IMG/VR virus record: IMGVR_UViG_3300020156_000003 | Span: 1 to 46,824 of that record | Reading direction: 5' to 3' (one strand) | Length of the DNA stretch: 46,824 nt | Origin: a virus | Taxonomy: Duplodnaviria; Heunggongvirae; Uroviricota; Caudoviricetes | In this document: one piece after another, positions 1-8,159 of the stretch | Numbering within the stretch: position 1 is the stretch's first letter | How the letters are laid out: every line of letters starts with the position of its first letter | Notes under the pieces: generated by a model | Told to the model about the DNA's origin: nothing | The model's database searches: none | What the model saw: only the letters and a program-made list of their open reading frames with translations | Position numbers and translations under genes: made by a program

Positions 1-1
1 C

Positions 2-124
2 CCGCTGCTGGAGGCAGCGAAAAAGAAAGGCTACCGTCATGTCGATGACGGCATGAGCCTGGCCTACCACTTCTATCAATACCTGGAGAAGGGCGCCAAT
101 GCCGACAATCCTGAAGCTGACTGA
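2..124 (+). CDS. 3' end of a hypothetical protein (truncated by window)
   Basis: Open frame PLLEAAKKKG...NPEAD* overlapping the start of the next gene. Confidence 0.5.
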   Translation, partial: PLLEAAKKKGYRHVDDGMSLAYHFYQYLEKGANADNPEAD

Positions 125-728
125 TCCGATGGTGAAGGAGGCCGCGCGCCACCCTGCACTCGATGGACTGAAGCGGATTGGCCGCGGTGCCTTCTGCGCC
201 GTGTATGACAAAGGCGACACGGTCGTGAAGATGACCTGCGATCCGATCCAGTATGCGTTCACCTGCGACGCCTGGAGTCCCGAAGGGCCGTTCTTCCCGC
301 GCCTGGTGGAGAACCACTTCTGCATCGGCGAAACCTGGAAGGGTGTGCCGATCTACCTGTTTGAAGTGGAAAAGCTGGCGCCGGTGCGCCGCGACTCGCC
401 GGCCCACATCAAGCGCTTGGCGCGTCGCCTGATCAAAGCGACAGCGGACTCGATGTGGTCGCAGGCAAGCCGGCACCGACGCGGCAGCTACGTGAATCAG
501 AAGCGGGATGCGTCCATGAGCGCGTTGCAGGAAGTGATTGACGAAGGCAAGCTGCCGGCCGATCTGCTGGAGGCGCTACAGGATGTCCACACCTTCGTGT
601 CCAACTACGACGCCATGATCGACTTCCACGGTAAGAACCTGATGCTGCGTGGCGAGCAGTTGATCCTGAATGATGTGGTGGCGGATCCGTTGCAGGTCAG
701 GGCGCTATGGGGGAAGGCTTACCTATAG
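99..728 (+). CDS. Protein-kinase-like fold protein
   Basis: Gly-rich loop IGRGAFCAVY, VVK lysine, catalytic-loop-like DFHGKNLM, metal-binding-like ILND. Confidence 0.7.
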   Translation: MPTILKLTDPMVKEAARHPALDGLKRIGRGAFCAVYDKGDTVVKMTCDPIQYAFTCDAWSPEGPFFPRLVENHFCIGETWKGVPIYLFEVEKLAPVRRDSPAHIKRLARRLIKATADSMWSQASRHRRGSYVNQKRDASMSALQEVIDEGKLPADLLEALQDVHTFVSNYDAMIDFHGKNLMLRGEQLILNDVVADPLQVRALWGKAYL

Positions 729-731
729 GAA

Positions 732-775
732 TCAGTCACGAATGACTTGCGGCGCCTATGTGCGCTTGCGATGAT
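732..775 (+). promoter_or_regulatory. Operator TCAGTCA-cgaa-TGACTTG overlapping the -35 of a sigma70-like promoter
   Basis: Operator 732-749; TTGCGG(747)-17-GATGAT(770) with extended TG. Confidence 0.65.
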
Positions 776-807
776 CTTTCTACCGACAAATAACAGGGAG
801 AACTGGA

Positions 808-1062
808 ATGTCCGCAGTTGCAACCGAGCCGATTCGCGTAACGAACACGCAGCACGCCGACCTGATGCGCTTTGCCTTCAATCAGGTGTGCAACCAGGAG
901 GACTGGAAGGCGCCGATCGACTGCCTCGTCCCGTGGGAGCTGGCGAACGTCTACATCGACGCCATCACGTTCATGACCGGCGTGCGACCGAGCTATCTGA
1001 AGGACGGCAGCATGTGCCGCCTGACGTGCATCGGCTACCGCGCAGGGCCGGCAGGAGGATAA
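808..1062 (+). CDS. Hypothetical phage protein, 84 aa
   Basis: SD GGGAG upstream; typical codon usage. Confidence 0.7.
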   Translation: MSAVATEPIRVTNTQHADLMRFAFNQVCNQEDWKAPIDCLVPWELANVYIDAITFMTGVRPSYLKDGSMCRLTCIGYRAGPAGG

Positions 1063-1064
1063 AC

Positions 1065-1553
1065 ATGAAGCTGAACAAACGAGAGATGGCACTGATCCTG
1101 GCAGGACTGCGCCTGCTGCAACAACAACTGACGAGCGGCGATGGTGCGCGCAGCCTGCCGCCTGGCATCGAGGACATTCTGACCGATTCGGACATGGAGA
1201 ACTGCCCGCCCGAGCGCATCGATCGCCTGTGCGAGAAGATCAACTTGGACGATGAGAAGGCGGAGACTGGCGATATGCCATTCGAGACACCGATTCGCAT
1301 TGAGGACGAGCGCTTCCTGGTGGCCGCCGACAACGAGCTGATTATCGAGGCATGGGCGCATGGGCCTGGCGAACTAGACGCAATCGTGAAGGCGGTCAAT
1401 TCGCACCAGCCGGCGGTGGACGCGCTGGCGAAGTGCTACAACGCGCTCGGCGATTGGGTGGACATCCAATCGAAGGGTGATGAGCGCGAGTCCGACCAAG
1501 AAGCGCTGCGTGAGGCCGCCCAAGTGTTGCGCGCGGCAGGGCGATTGGAATAG
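1065..1553 (+). CDS. Hypothetical protein, 162 aa (start re-called at ATG 1065)
   Basis: SD GGAGGA just upstream; directly follows the previous stop. Confidence 0.7.
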   Translation: MKLNKREMALILAGLRLLQQQLTSGDGARSLPPGIEDILTDSDMENCPPERIDRLCEKINLDDEKAETGDMPFETPIRIEDERFLVAADNELIIEAWAHGPGELDAIVKAVNSHQPAVDALAKCYNALGDWVDIQSKGDERESDQEALREAAQVLRAAGRLE

Positions 1554-1590
1554 GAGCGAACGTGAAACGAGGCTAACTTGGGGCAGATAA

Positions 1591-1619
1591 TTGCCGCAAA
1601 GTAAAGGCGCAGCTATGAT
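1591..1619 (+). promoter_or_regulatory. sigma70-like promoter
   Basis: TTGCCG-17-TATGAT upstream of the gene at 1646. Confidence 0.6.
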
Positions 1620-1645
1620 CTTGCCCTCACCATCAGGAGCAGAAC

Positions 1646-1957
1646 ATGAACAAGATCATCCTTGCCGCCGCCCTCATGACCGCGGCGTTCGCCAACGCGC
1701 AGACTGTCGTCATCCCGCCGGCCGGCTTCCAGGCTGAGAAGATGAACGCCTGCCGCAAGTTTGGCGAGGCCGCCATCGACACGTATAGCATCTACAAGGC
1801 GTCGCCGAAGATGCTACCGAAACTGCGCGGTGCGCATCCGGTGGATGACCGCGTGATCGACGCGATTGTGGCGGGAAGGGTGCATGATCAGCAGGCTGCG
1901 TACCAGCTCGGCGTCGCCTACTGTTACGACTACATTGATGAACAGGCGAGAAAATGA
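1646..1957 (+). CDS. Small exported protein with Sec signal peptide
   Basis: MNKIILAAALMTAAFANA-Q signal peptide, two Cys, SD AGGAG. Confidence 0.7.
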   Translation: MNKIILAAALMTAAFANAQTVVIPPAGFQAEKMNACRKFGEAAIDTYSIYKASPKMLPKLRGAHPVDDRVIDAIVAGRVHDQQAAYQLGVAYCYDYIDEQARK

Positions 1958-2325
1958 CAGCTAAAGGATCCCGCGCCGGACTGCCGGTGAAAACGATTGA
2001 GGTTGGTGAGGAGCCGACCACCTGCATCTACTGCGGCAGCCGGACGAACATGATCGGCATCGCACTGAACGGCAAGCGGCGCGAGGTCTGCATCCACTGT
2101 GAGCAGCAATACGATGTGGAAGACGAGATCGAGACGATCGCGGACGATTCTGAAGATGCAGAGGAGGGCGTCACGATCCCCGCGCCATTCCAAGAGACAC
2201 CGATCCTGGACAAGATCCTGGCCGAGTTCGAGGGCAAGCCGGCAACGCCTGAGGTGGGTCAGGAAGAACTGAACCACCTGTTCGGCATCAAGCCTAGTCC
2301 GTATCCCGATTTCGGGAGTTACTAA
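1954..2325 (+). CDS. Zn-ribbon-like hypothetical protein
   Basis: CIYC...CIHC motifs, acidic linker, ATGA overlap with the upstream gene. Confidence 0.65.
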   Translation: MTAKGSRAGLPVKTIEVGEEPTTCIYCGSRTNMIGIALNGKRREVCIHCEQQYDVEDEIETIADDSEDAEEGVTIPAPFQETPILDKILAEFEGKPATPEVGQEELNHLFGIKPSPYPDFGSY

Positions 2326-2624
2326 TGAGTAGCCATTGGGAGTGGGAGGAGCGCGTGGTCAGGCGACATGAAGTGGACAAGCCATTTGCGCCTGAGAACG
2401 GGCGGCCGCTCAAGTTTGGCATCGGCGATAGCGTGATCTATACCAACGACGCCGGCATCGAGTTCTGCTGCCGGATTACCGGCTATTACCTGCCCGATCC
2501 AATCAACGCGATGTATGCGAAAGGCTCGCGGTATCTTGTGAACTCGTCCTCGCCGTGGTTTCCGGTGAAAGAGTCGGAGCTGCGTCTGGTGGCGTCAGCG
2601 CATCCCGATTTCGGTTCCTTTTAA
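2325..2624 (+). CDS. Hypothetical protein, possibly SH3-like
   Basis: TAATG coupling; KFGIGDSV...ITGY...YLV...VKESEL pattern. Confidence 0.65.
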   Translation: MSSHWEWEERVVRRHEVDKPFAPENGRPLKFGIGDSVIYTNDAGIEFCCRITGYYLPDPINAMYAKGSRYLVNSSSPWFPVKESELRLVASAHPDFGSF

Positions 2625-2629
2625 CGCTC

Positions 2630-2658
2630 TTGCGGATAAGTCATCGCTGAACTACAAT
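2630..2658 (+). promoter_or_regulatory. Promoter with operator in the spacer
   Basis: TTGCGG-17-TACAAT; TAAGTCA-tcgc-TGAACTA at 2637-2654. Confidence 0.65.
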
Positions 2659-2732
2659 TGCCTGTCTCAAGCCTGCGTGCGCTTGAGACTATATGTCTGT
2701 CGCATGTGCGACGACACACAAGGGAAGCCACC

Positions 2733-3080
2733 ATGTTTTGGATTATCACGAAGGATCACATCAACAAAGGCAGTGATGACGGCGTTTTATCCCGCGTCGG
2801 CACCTACATGACGAGCGGCCACCGCCTGCTCGACGCTGCCGTCTTTGCCGCTCCGCGGGAAGCAAGGCCGCAGATTCTCGAAGGCTGCAAGCAGGTGTGC
2901 GACTACGAGTTCCGCCTGTATGACGACGACGGCGAGCTTTACTACGAAGGCTTGTGCTACCGGCTCGACAAGGCATCGGAGCAGGGCGCGTTCGAGCCGC
3001 TGGATTGGGCCGCCAACGAAGCCGGCTGCACCCGCATGGATTACCGCAAGAAAGGAGAGGCAGAATGGAAGACGCTGTGA
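2733..3080 (+). CDS. Hypothetical phage protein, 115 aa
   Basis: SD AGGGA; FRLYDDDGELYYEG motif typical of small phage proteins. Confidence 0.7.
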   Translation: MFWIITKDHINKGSDDGVLSRVGTYMTSGHRLLDAAVFAAPREARPQILEGCKQVCDYEFRLYDDDGELYYEGLCYRLDKASEQGAFEPLDWAANEAGCTRMDYRKKGEAEWKTL

Positions 3081-3295
3081 AAGGACACCTGTTCACGCCG
3101 CGCGTGAGCCATAGCTCCGATGACCGCATCCGGATGTCGCTCGGCGCGGCCGACTACGCCAAGATCAAGCGGGGCGGCCATTGGGGCGCCACCGTCACCG
3201 ATCAGAACACCGGCAAGACCTATCAGGTCGAAGGCGCCTCCTGCGGCCTGCCGCGGTGCTTCTGCGACGCCGTGATCGTCAAGGAGCTGACGTGA
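3077..3295 (+). CDS. Hypothetical protein, 72 aa (GTG start)
   Basis: GTGA overlap with the upstream stop; C-terminal CGLPRCFC. Confidence 0.65.
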   Translation: MKGHLFTPRVSHSSDDRIRMSLGAADYAKIKRGGHWGATVTDQNTGKTYQVEGASCGLPRCFCDAVIVKELT

Positions 3296-3543
3296 CCACA
3301 CCCGCCTACAAGATCACTGAGGACATGCTGATGGCGGCCGCCAAGGTCGACGACCTGGATGACGCCGTGCGCGGTGTGATGGATCAGGTCGGCATCACCA
3401 CCGGCGATGTCGCCGGCATCGTGCTGACTTCCTACCAAGACGAATGGGCCGACCTCGATTATTGGGGCCGCCTGGCTGCTCTGCGTGAATGGCGTGACGT
3501 GGAGCAAGTCCGTAACATCGACTACGCCAACATTGAAATTTAA
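3292..3543 (+). CDS. Hypothetical acidic protein, 83 aa (GTG start)
   Basis: SD AAGGAG and GTGA overlap. Confidence 0.65.
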   Translation: MTTPAYKITEDMLMAAAKVDDLDDAVRGVMDQVGITTGDVAGIVLTSYQDEWADLDYWGRLAALREWRDVEQVRNIDYANIEI

Positions 3544-3548
3544 ACAAC

Positions 3549-3716
3549 ATGAACATCCTCGACTTCAACGACCCCGATCCGATGACCCGCGCACACTTCG
3601 AGGCGCCCGACATTGACCTGCTCGACCGGCTGCCCAGCCTGTTCCCGATCCCCGTTTCGGCACCGGAACTGACCTTCCACATGCTGCCGCAATACTGCGT
3701 CCAGGAGGGCGGTTAA
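3549..3716 (+). CDS. Possible small protein, 55 aa
   Basis: ATG right after the upstream stop; followed by a hairpin; no clear SD. Confidence 0.4.
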   Translation: MNILDFNDPDPMTRAHFEAPDIDLLDRLPSLFPIPVSAPELTFHMLPQYCVQEGG

Positions 3717-3727
3717 ACCGCACGCAG

Positions 3728-3750
3728 AACAGGCTTGCACGCCTGTTTTC
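3728..3750 (+). terminator. Putative intrinsic terminator
   Basis: AACAGGC-ttgcac-GCCTGTT-ttc. Confidence 0.45.
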
Positions 3751-4008
3751 TTGCACGCAAAACAACGCCTTGGAAAAGCCAATAAATTCAATGACTTACA
3801 TCGCCTCGGATGCAGAGCTATTGCGGGAAGACTGCTGAACGCCTGACACGGTCAACTCAGCACTGAAGCAAAGCACCGGGAACCACGCGGAAGACGGGCA
3901 AAATCGCACTACAAGCGACCGGATCGACACCAGTCGATACCTGATGACACTGACCCTCTCCGACCGCTCAAAACGCGTTTAAAACGGTAGGAAACATGAA
4001 GCGCCAAT

Positions 4009-4054
4009 TTGCCCGTCCAAAAACCGCTTGCGATGATAAGTCATGAATGACTTT
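4009..4054 (+). promoter_or_regulatory. Promoter with operator just downstream of the -10
   Basis: TTGCCC-17-GATGAT; TAAGTCA-tgaa-TGACTTT at 4037-4054. Confidence 0.7.
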
Positions 4055-4068
4055 CAAAAGGAAGGGGA

Positions 4069-4404
4069 ATGGAAATCAGACAAAGCATGATCCTGATGCG
4101 TCCGGCCAACGAGCTGGAATATCAGCTCTACCAGGAGCTAACGCAACCGCTCGCCGATTGGGCTAAAGCGCATCCTGGCGAGCGTCCCGATCCGGCAACC
4201 CGTAGGCGCTTCAAGACGATCATGGACAAGATCGAACACGTCGGACTGCGCCCATCCCCGCTGGGCCTGCTTGTGATCGACCGGCCGGACATTCTCGAAG
4301 GAGAACATCCGATCGAGACGGTCGATCTCGTCACCCGCATGTGGATTGAAGCCTGGCTGCAAACCACCGGACAGATGAGGAGGCGCCATGCTTACTTCCA
4401 ATGA
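4069..4404 (+). CDS. Hypothetical protein, 111 aa
   Basis: SD AGGAAGGGG downstream of the promoter/operator. Confidence 0.65.
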   Translation: MEIRQSMILMRPANELEYQLYQELTQPLADWAKAHPGERPDPATRRRFKTIMDKIEHVGLRPSPLGLLVIDRPDILEGEHPIETVDLVTRMWIEAWLQTTGQMRRRHAYFQ

Positions 4405-4537
4405 AAAGCGCCGACAGACCAATGAGGCCCGCCGGCGCTTCGCATGGATGTGGATAGAGGATCTGATGTTCCGGATTTTCGTGGTCAGTTATGTGGTTTG
4501 GCTGATCTGTGACGGATACAGGTGGATTGCTCCCTAG
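4388..4537 (+). CDS. Possible small membrane protein, 49 aa
   Basis: SD GAGGAGG; hydrophobic stretch LMFRIFVVSYVVWLIC. Confidence 0.45.
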   Translation: MLTSNEKRRQTNEARRRFAWMWIEDLMFRIFVVSYVVWLICDGYRWIAP

Positions 4538-4674
4538 AACGCGACCTACAGGCGCAACCAGATTGTAGTGAAGACCAGGCAAGCACCGTTGAGGCAAAGC
4601 AAAACCTTGGGTGCCGCCTGCATCTCCGAAAACTATAAGTAGGAGTGTTTTCAGAGTATGAAATACATATAGAG

Positions 4675-4693
4675 AACGCTTGGGACTCCCAAG
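4675..4693. repeat. Palindrome CTTGGGA-C-TCCCAAG, copy 1
   Basis: AACGCTTGGGACTCCCAAG identical to 19838-19856; follows an AT-rich stretch. Confidence 0.8.
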
Positions 4694-4711
4694 GACGCGG
4701 AAAGGAGAAAC

Positions 4712-4948
4712 GTGACACCGGAGAAGCTGATCAAGGTGACGCTGAGACTGGCGTATCGGAACAAGATCCAAGAGATCAAACGTCGGAAAGCAATGAAGGC
4801 CAGGATTGCACGAATGATCGACCGGAACCGAGGCCAGGCCAACATGAGGCCGGAATGGGCAAGGACACTCGCAGGCCAGGCCATCACGGATGCCAGGCCA
4901 TCGGATAAGGAATGGATGAGGAGACTTGACCCGAGCTACGAGGAATAG
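4712..4948 (+). CDS. Basic hypothetical protein, 78 aa (GTG start)
   Basis: SD AAAGGAG; Arg/Lys-rich. Confidence 0.55.
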   Translation: MTPEKLIKVTLRLAYRNKIQEIKRRKAMKARIARMIDRNRGQANMRPEWARTLAGQAITDARPSDKEWMRRLDPSYEE

Positions 4949-5246
4949 GAGAGACGAAACACGCACAGAGACAGGACGATACGTGCGTAGAGGGAGAGAT
5001 CCTGTATGGGTAGGAGAGACGTATAGGGAGTGCGGCGGTATGTGTAAGGTTCGGTGCGGAACGTAATGCGTTCATCGTTCACCAAGGCTTTTCACCACAC
5101 CTTATACATTGCCTGCCGCCGATTCCCATGCCCATTCCACACAAAATCGTCCGCGGCGCCCCGAGGCAGGGTGAAACCATCCGGCCACACGCCTGGCCTC
5201 GCTCTCTACTATAAGACATCGACCACACAACTGTAAGAGGCAAATC

Positions 5247-5423
5247 ATGAAGGTTTCCGAGGTAGCCCTCGCACTGCATAACGCCGGCATCCCGTTCGCG
5301 GATGTGGCAACGATCATCAATACGCTCGTCTATGTGAAGGATCGCGTGGATACGCTGCCGGAGTTCACGCAGCGGTGCGGCACGTTGGCGGTGGAGCGGA
5401 TTAAGGAGATGGATGTTGGCTGA
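5247..5423 (+). CDS. Hypothetical protein, 58 aa
   Basis: SD AAGAGG; MKVSEVALALHNAGIPF... Confidence 0.55.
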   Translation: MKVSEVALALHNAGIPFADVATIINTLVYVKDRVDTLPEFTQRCGTLAVERIKEMDVG

Positions 5424-5559
5424 AAAGATCACCGTGCCGATCCCCAAGCCGAAGAAACGCATCGGCGTGATGCCCACCAGGCGGGAAAAGGACAAATCCA
5501 AAGAGATCCCCAGGCGCGACAAGCACCGGCGTCGGAGTACGGCTGACGACCCGGTATAG
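5413..5559 (+). CDS. Small highly basic protein, 48 aa
   Basis: SD AAGGAG; MLAEKITVPIPKPKKRIGVMPTRREKDKSKEIPRRDKHRRR... Confidence 0.55.
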   Translation: MLAEKITVPIPKPKKRIGVMPTRREKDKSKEIPRRDKHRRRSTADDPV

Positions 5560-5796
5560 GCGCCGTGTACGGCGGGCAGCCTGGTAAGGCATGGCGGCTC
5601 GGCCCGCCGTATAAGAACGCCACGGCCATCCGTGGAAAATTTGGATCAGCCTCGGAACGCCTAGGAATAATCTTCGGAGCTATCCTAGGCAAAGCGAAAG
5701 GATGTTTGGTTGGCGACCGCAAGAAGCCAAATACATGCCTGGTTGCGGTTGAGATTATGACGGTGCAGCGACGTGCTGCGACCAACCTATAAGATC

Positions 5797-6120
5797 ATGC
5801 AAACCACGACCCTGACCGGCATCGCCTACGAAGAACTGTACTGCGCACATCACGACAAGCGGACGATCCCGTTGCTCCTGCTGCGCAACCTGCACAAGCT
5901 GCCCGAGTGCAAATTCCACGCGAACGACGGCAACGACCACCTGATCCTGGACTACGACGGATGGTTCCGCTACATCCTGGTCAGCAACCAGATCATCACG
6001 GTCGGCGAGCACCGCATCGAGAACGGAATGGGCGACGTGCTGACCTGCGCGTCCTACAGCACGTACCAGGACGCGCTGCGCGCGTGCATGAACGTCCTGA
6101 CGACCGACAACGACCTGTAA
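5797..6120 (+). CDS. Hypothetical protein, 107 aa
   Basis: Strong C-ending codon bias; TATAAG just upstream of the ATG and no SD (possibly leaderless). Confidence 0.6.
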   Translation: MQTTTLTGIAYEELYCAHHDKRTIPLLLLRNLHKLPECKFHANDGNDHLILDYDGWFRYILVSNQIITVGEHRIENGMGDVLTCASYSTYQDALRACMNVLTTDNDL

Positions 6121-6203
6121 GGTTTCCTGACCACCGCACCGAAAACCCAGGCCGAAGGCGAACACAAGACCGGCGGGGAGAATAGGCTGCGACTGGTCAG
6201 CTA

Positions 6204-6340
6204 CCAGGCCATTTCCTAGGCCATCCACGGCATTCCACCACGCTCAGGCCAGGCCACGGCATTCCTCGGCCATCCACGGTACCAGGCCACTGACCGGCCA
6301 GGATCGAGGCCAGGCCACATCACCCATCCGGCCACACGCC
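6204..6340. repeat. GGCCA-rich non-coding repeat cluster
   Basis: 10 GGCCA in about 130 bp; GGCCATCCACGG twice; CCATCCGGCCACACGCC at 6324-6340 repeated at 5177-5193. Confidence 0.7.
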
Positions 6341-6410
6341 ACAGTGCGGTTGCGACCATACGTCTACTGCATCACGTCGATGCAGCAACCGACCTACAGG
6401 AGTGACATTC

Positions 6411-6566
6411 ATGAGCGCCATCGACCTCGCCTACTACCGTCGCAAGATCAAGCAGATCGGCACCTGGACGGGCGTGCGGTACCTGCGCAACCGCGGCATC
6501 CCGTTCGAGCAAGCCTACTTCGTCATCTTCGGACGCGCACCGCGCAACATCACCGTCACCCTGTAA
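6411..6566 (+). CDS. Small basic phage protein, 51 aa
   Basis: SD AGGAG; MSAIDLAYYRRKIKQIGTWTGVRYLRNRGIPFEQAY... Confidence 0.65.
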   Translation: MSAIDLAYYRRKIKQIGTWTGVRYLRNRGIPFEQAYFVIFGRAPRNITVTL

Positions 6567-6592
6567 TCCACATCGACCAGGAGAACTATGTC

Positions 6593-6844
6593 ATGAATGC
6601 CACCCTGATTGCCGCCGGACTGTCGCGCGCGGCTGACGCCATGCTGACGATGGAGCCGGAACCGGAAGTGAAGCTGCCGCCGGTCGACCACGCCATGAAC
6701 GCCGCCTGCGCCCAGCGCTTCCCTGAGCCTGCTGATGCGCCGCTGGTGTCCGACGACGAGATCGCCTACTGGGAAAGCCTGGCTGACGAGCTGGAAGCGG
6801 AGCGCAATCCGGTCAAGGTGCGGAAGATGAAGCGGCACTGGTAA
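6593..6844 (+). CDS. Hypothetical protein, 83 aa
   Basis: SD AGGAG; followed by a hairpin. Confidence 0.6.
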   Translation: MNATLIAAGLSRAADAMLTMEPEPEVKLPPVDHAMNAACAQRFPEPADAPLVSDDEIAYWESLADELEAERNPVKVRKMKRHW

Positions 6845-6852
6845 GTGCGCCT

Positions 6853-6880
6853 GCGAGCCGTCTGGATACGGCTCGCTTCC
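6853..6880 (+). terminator. Hairpin, possible terminator
   Basis: GCGAGCCG-tctggata-CGGCTCGC-ttcc; weak U tract. Confidence 0.4.
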
Positions 6881-7044
6881 TGGTCATGGCGCTTGCCTTG
6901 GAAGCGCCTGGCGTTCTGGATACGGCTGACGAACTGGTTGCCTCGGCGTGCCTCGGAGCGCCGCGCGCTGCGCCGCGGAATACGGCAGCGCTCCTGGTAA
7001 CGCTGGAGTGCCTAGGAAAAGGGCGAGCGCGTCGATGCGGATCG

Positions 7045-7163
7045 TCCTTGTTTGAGAACCGTCCTCAACTGCGAACCGTCCGCATTCGCACTCCATCCTC
7101 AAATGACAGCGCTCCTCATGTGCGAACCCTCCTCATTTGACAGTCATTCGCATTTTGCGTGCA
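7045..7163. repeat. Degenerate 17-bp-period tandem array (iteron-like)
   Basis: TCCTCA or a close variant starts at 7045, 7062, 7079, 7096, 7113, 7130 and 7147. Confidence 0.75.
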
Positions 7164-7415
7164 AAAAGCTATATGCACGCTTTATATGAAAAGAACGCAG
7201 TTTATACGAGTCCATATTACAACTCCATAGTTCACTAAGCACTGACTTAGAACGATAATCTCTACATACCACGACGCACACAACGATGCAGCGCGGTGCA
7301 GCAGACCCGATCTTTAAACCTGACAGAACCTGTATTCGCAATAGGGAAGCTCATAGCTATCTGAGTGTAACGCAGGTAAAGCAAACACTTTCTTAACTCT
7401 CAAAAGGGAAACATC

Positions 7416-8099
7416 ATGAAAAACTTTAAAGCAGAAACGATCGTTGCAAAACTCTTTAACGCAGTGACCGCACGCGTTCAAGCGCTGCGCGATGCTGAAC
7501 TGGTCGTTTCGTCTGAGTTCAAGAAGATTCTTGAGCACTACGCGCCCGACGGTAAGCATTACCGTTCATTCGTCGCGTGCGTCGAAACGGTGCGCGACGT
7601 GATTGATTTTGAAATGATGCTTAAGATCATTCAAAAGCATAAGCCCGCAGGTGCAAATGACGCGCAGTACATGCAAGCAAAGACCATTGAAAAGGTCAAC
7701 AAGTTTATCGTTGGTCTGGGTCAGAAAGACTTTCGCTTGCTCGATAACCATACGCGTTCACTCGTTGTTAATGCGATGTTGAACGACAAGCGCTTGACCA
7801 GTCGCGCAGCGTTCGCGTCACTGGTGAAGGTTGAATGGTCTGAAGAAATCAGCGAAGTTTTGCGCGCTCGTAATAACTACACTGCGGGCACTGGTAGCAC
7901 GCAACTCTCTAGCACGAAAGAGATGATGCGCACGCTGAAGCTGTCAGACGGTATCAAGGGCAGCAAGAACGCAGACTTCACCTTTAGCGCTGAAGCTGAA
8001 GCGCTCTTTGTTGAGCGCTTCGAGCAGGTCGCAAAGCTGGTCAAGACTAGCGAAGAAATCAGCGCAGAGATTGACGAGAACGACGAAATCGAAGCGTAA
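7416..8099 (+). CDS. Hypothetical protein, 227 aa, atypical codon usage
   Basis: SD AAGGGA; 0 of 25 Ala codons are GCC; acidic tail. Confidence 0.8.
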   Translation: MKNFKAETIVAKLFNAVTARVQALRDAELVVSSEFKKILEHYAPDGKHYRSFVACVETVRDVIDFEMMLKIIQKHKPAGANDAQYMQAKTIEKVNKFIVGLGQKDFRLLDNHTRSLVVNAMLNDKRLTSRAAFASLVKVEWSEEISEVLRARNNYTAGTGSTQLSSTKEMMRTLKLSDGIKGSKNADFTFSAEAEALFVERFEQVAKLVKTSEEISAEIDENDEIEA

Positions 8100-8108
8100 T
8101 CTTTAACC

Positions 8109-8140
8109 TGCTGCATCAGTCATGCGTGACTGATGCAGCA
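8109..8140. promoter_or_regulatory. Perfect 14-bp-arm palindrome containing an operator copy
   Basis: TGCTGCATCAGTCA-tgcg-TGACTGATGCAGCA. Confidence 0.7.
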
Positions 8141-8159
8141 TTCACACAAGGGATGCACA

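Noticed and set aside
747-1064. Upstream extension of the 268-aa ORF
   Set aside because: Overlaps the better-supported 808-1062 gene; a strong SD supports a start at 1065
3790-4005. About 210-bp intergenic region as an ncRNA or tRNA
   Set aside because: No tRNA arms or convincing long-range structure seen; only an operator half-site at 3792
4645-4908. ORF sharing ENAWDSQ with a short frame near 19.8 kb
   Set aside because: The shared peptide is just the translated DNA palindrome; no independent coding support
7045-7163. Repeat array as a CRISPR
   Set aside because: Period only 17 bp, repeats degenerate, no spacers of suitable length, no cas genes
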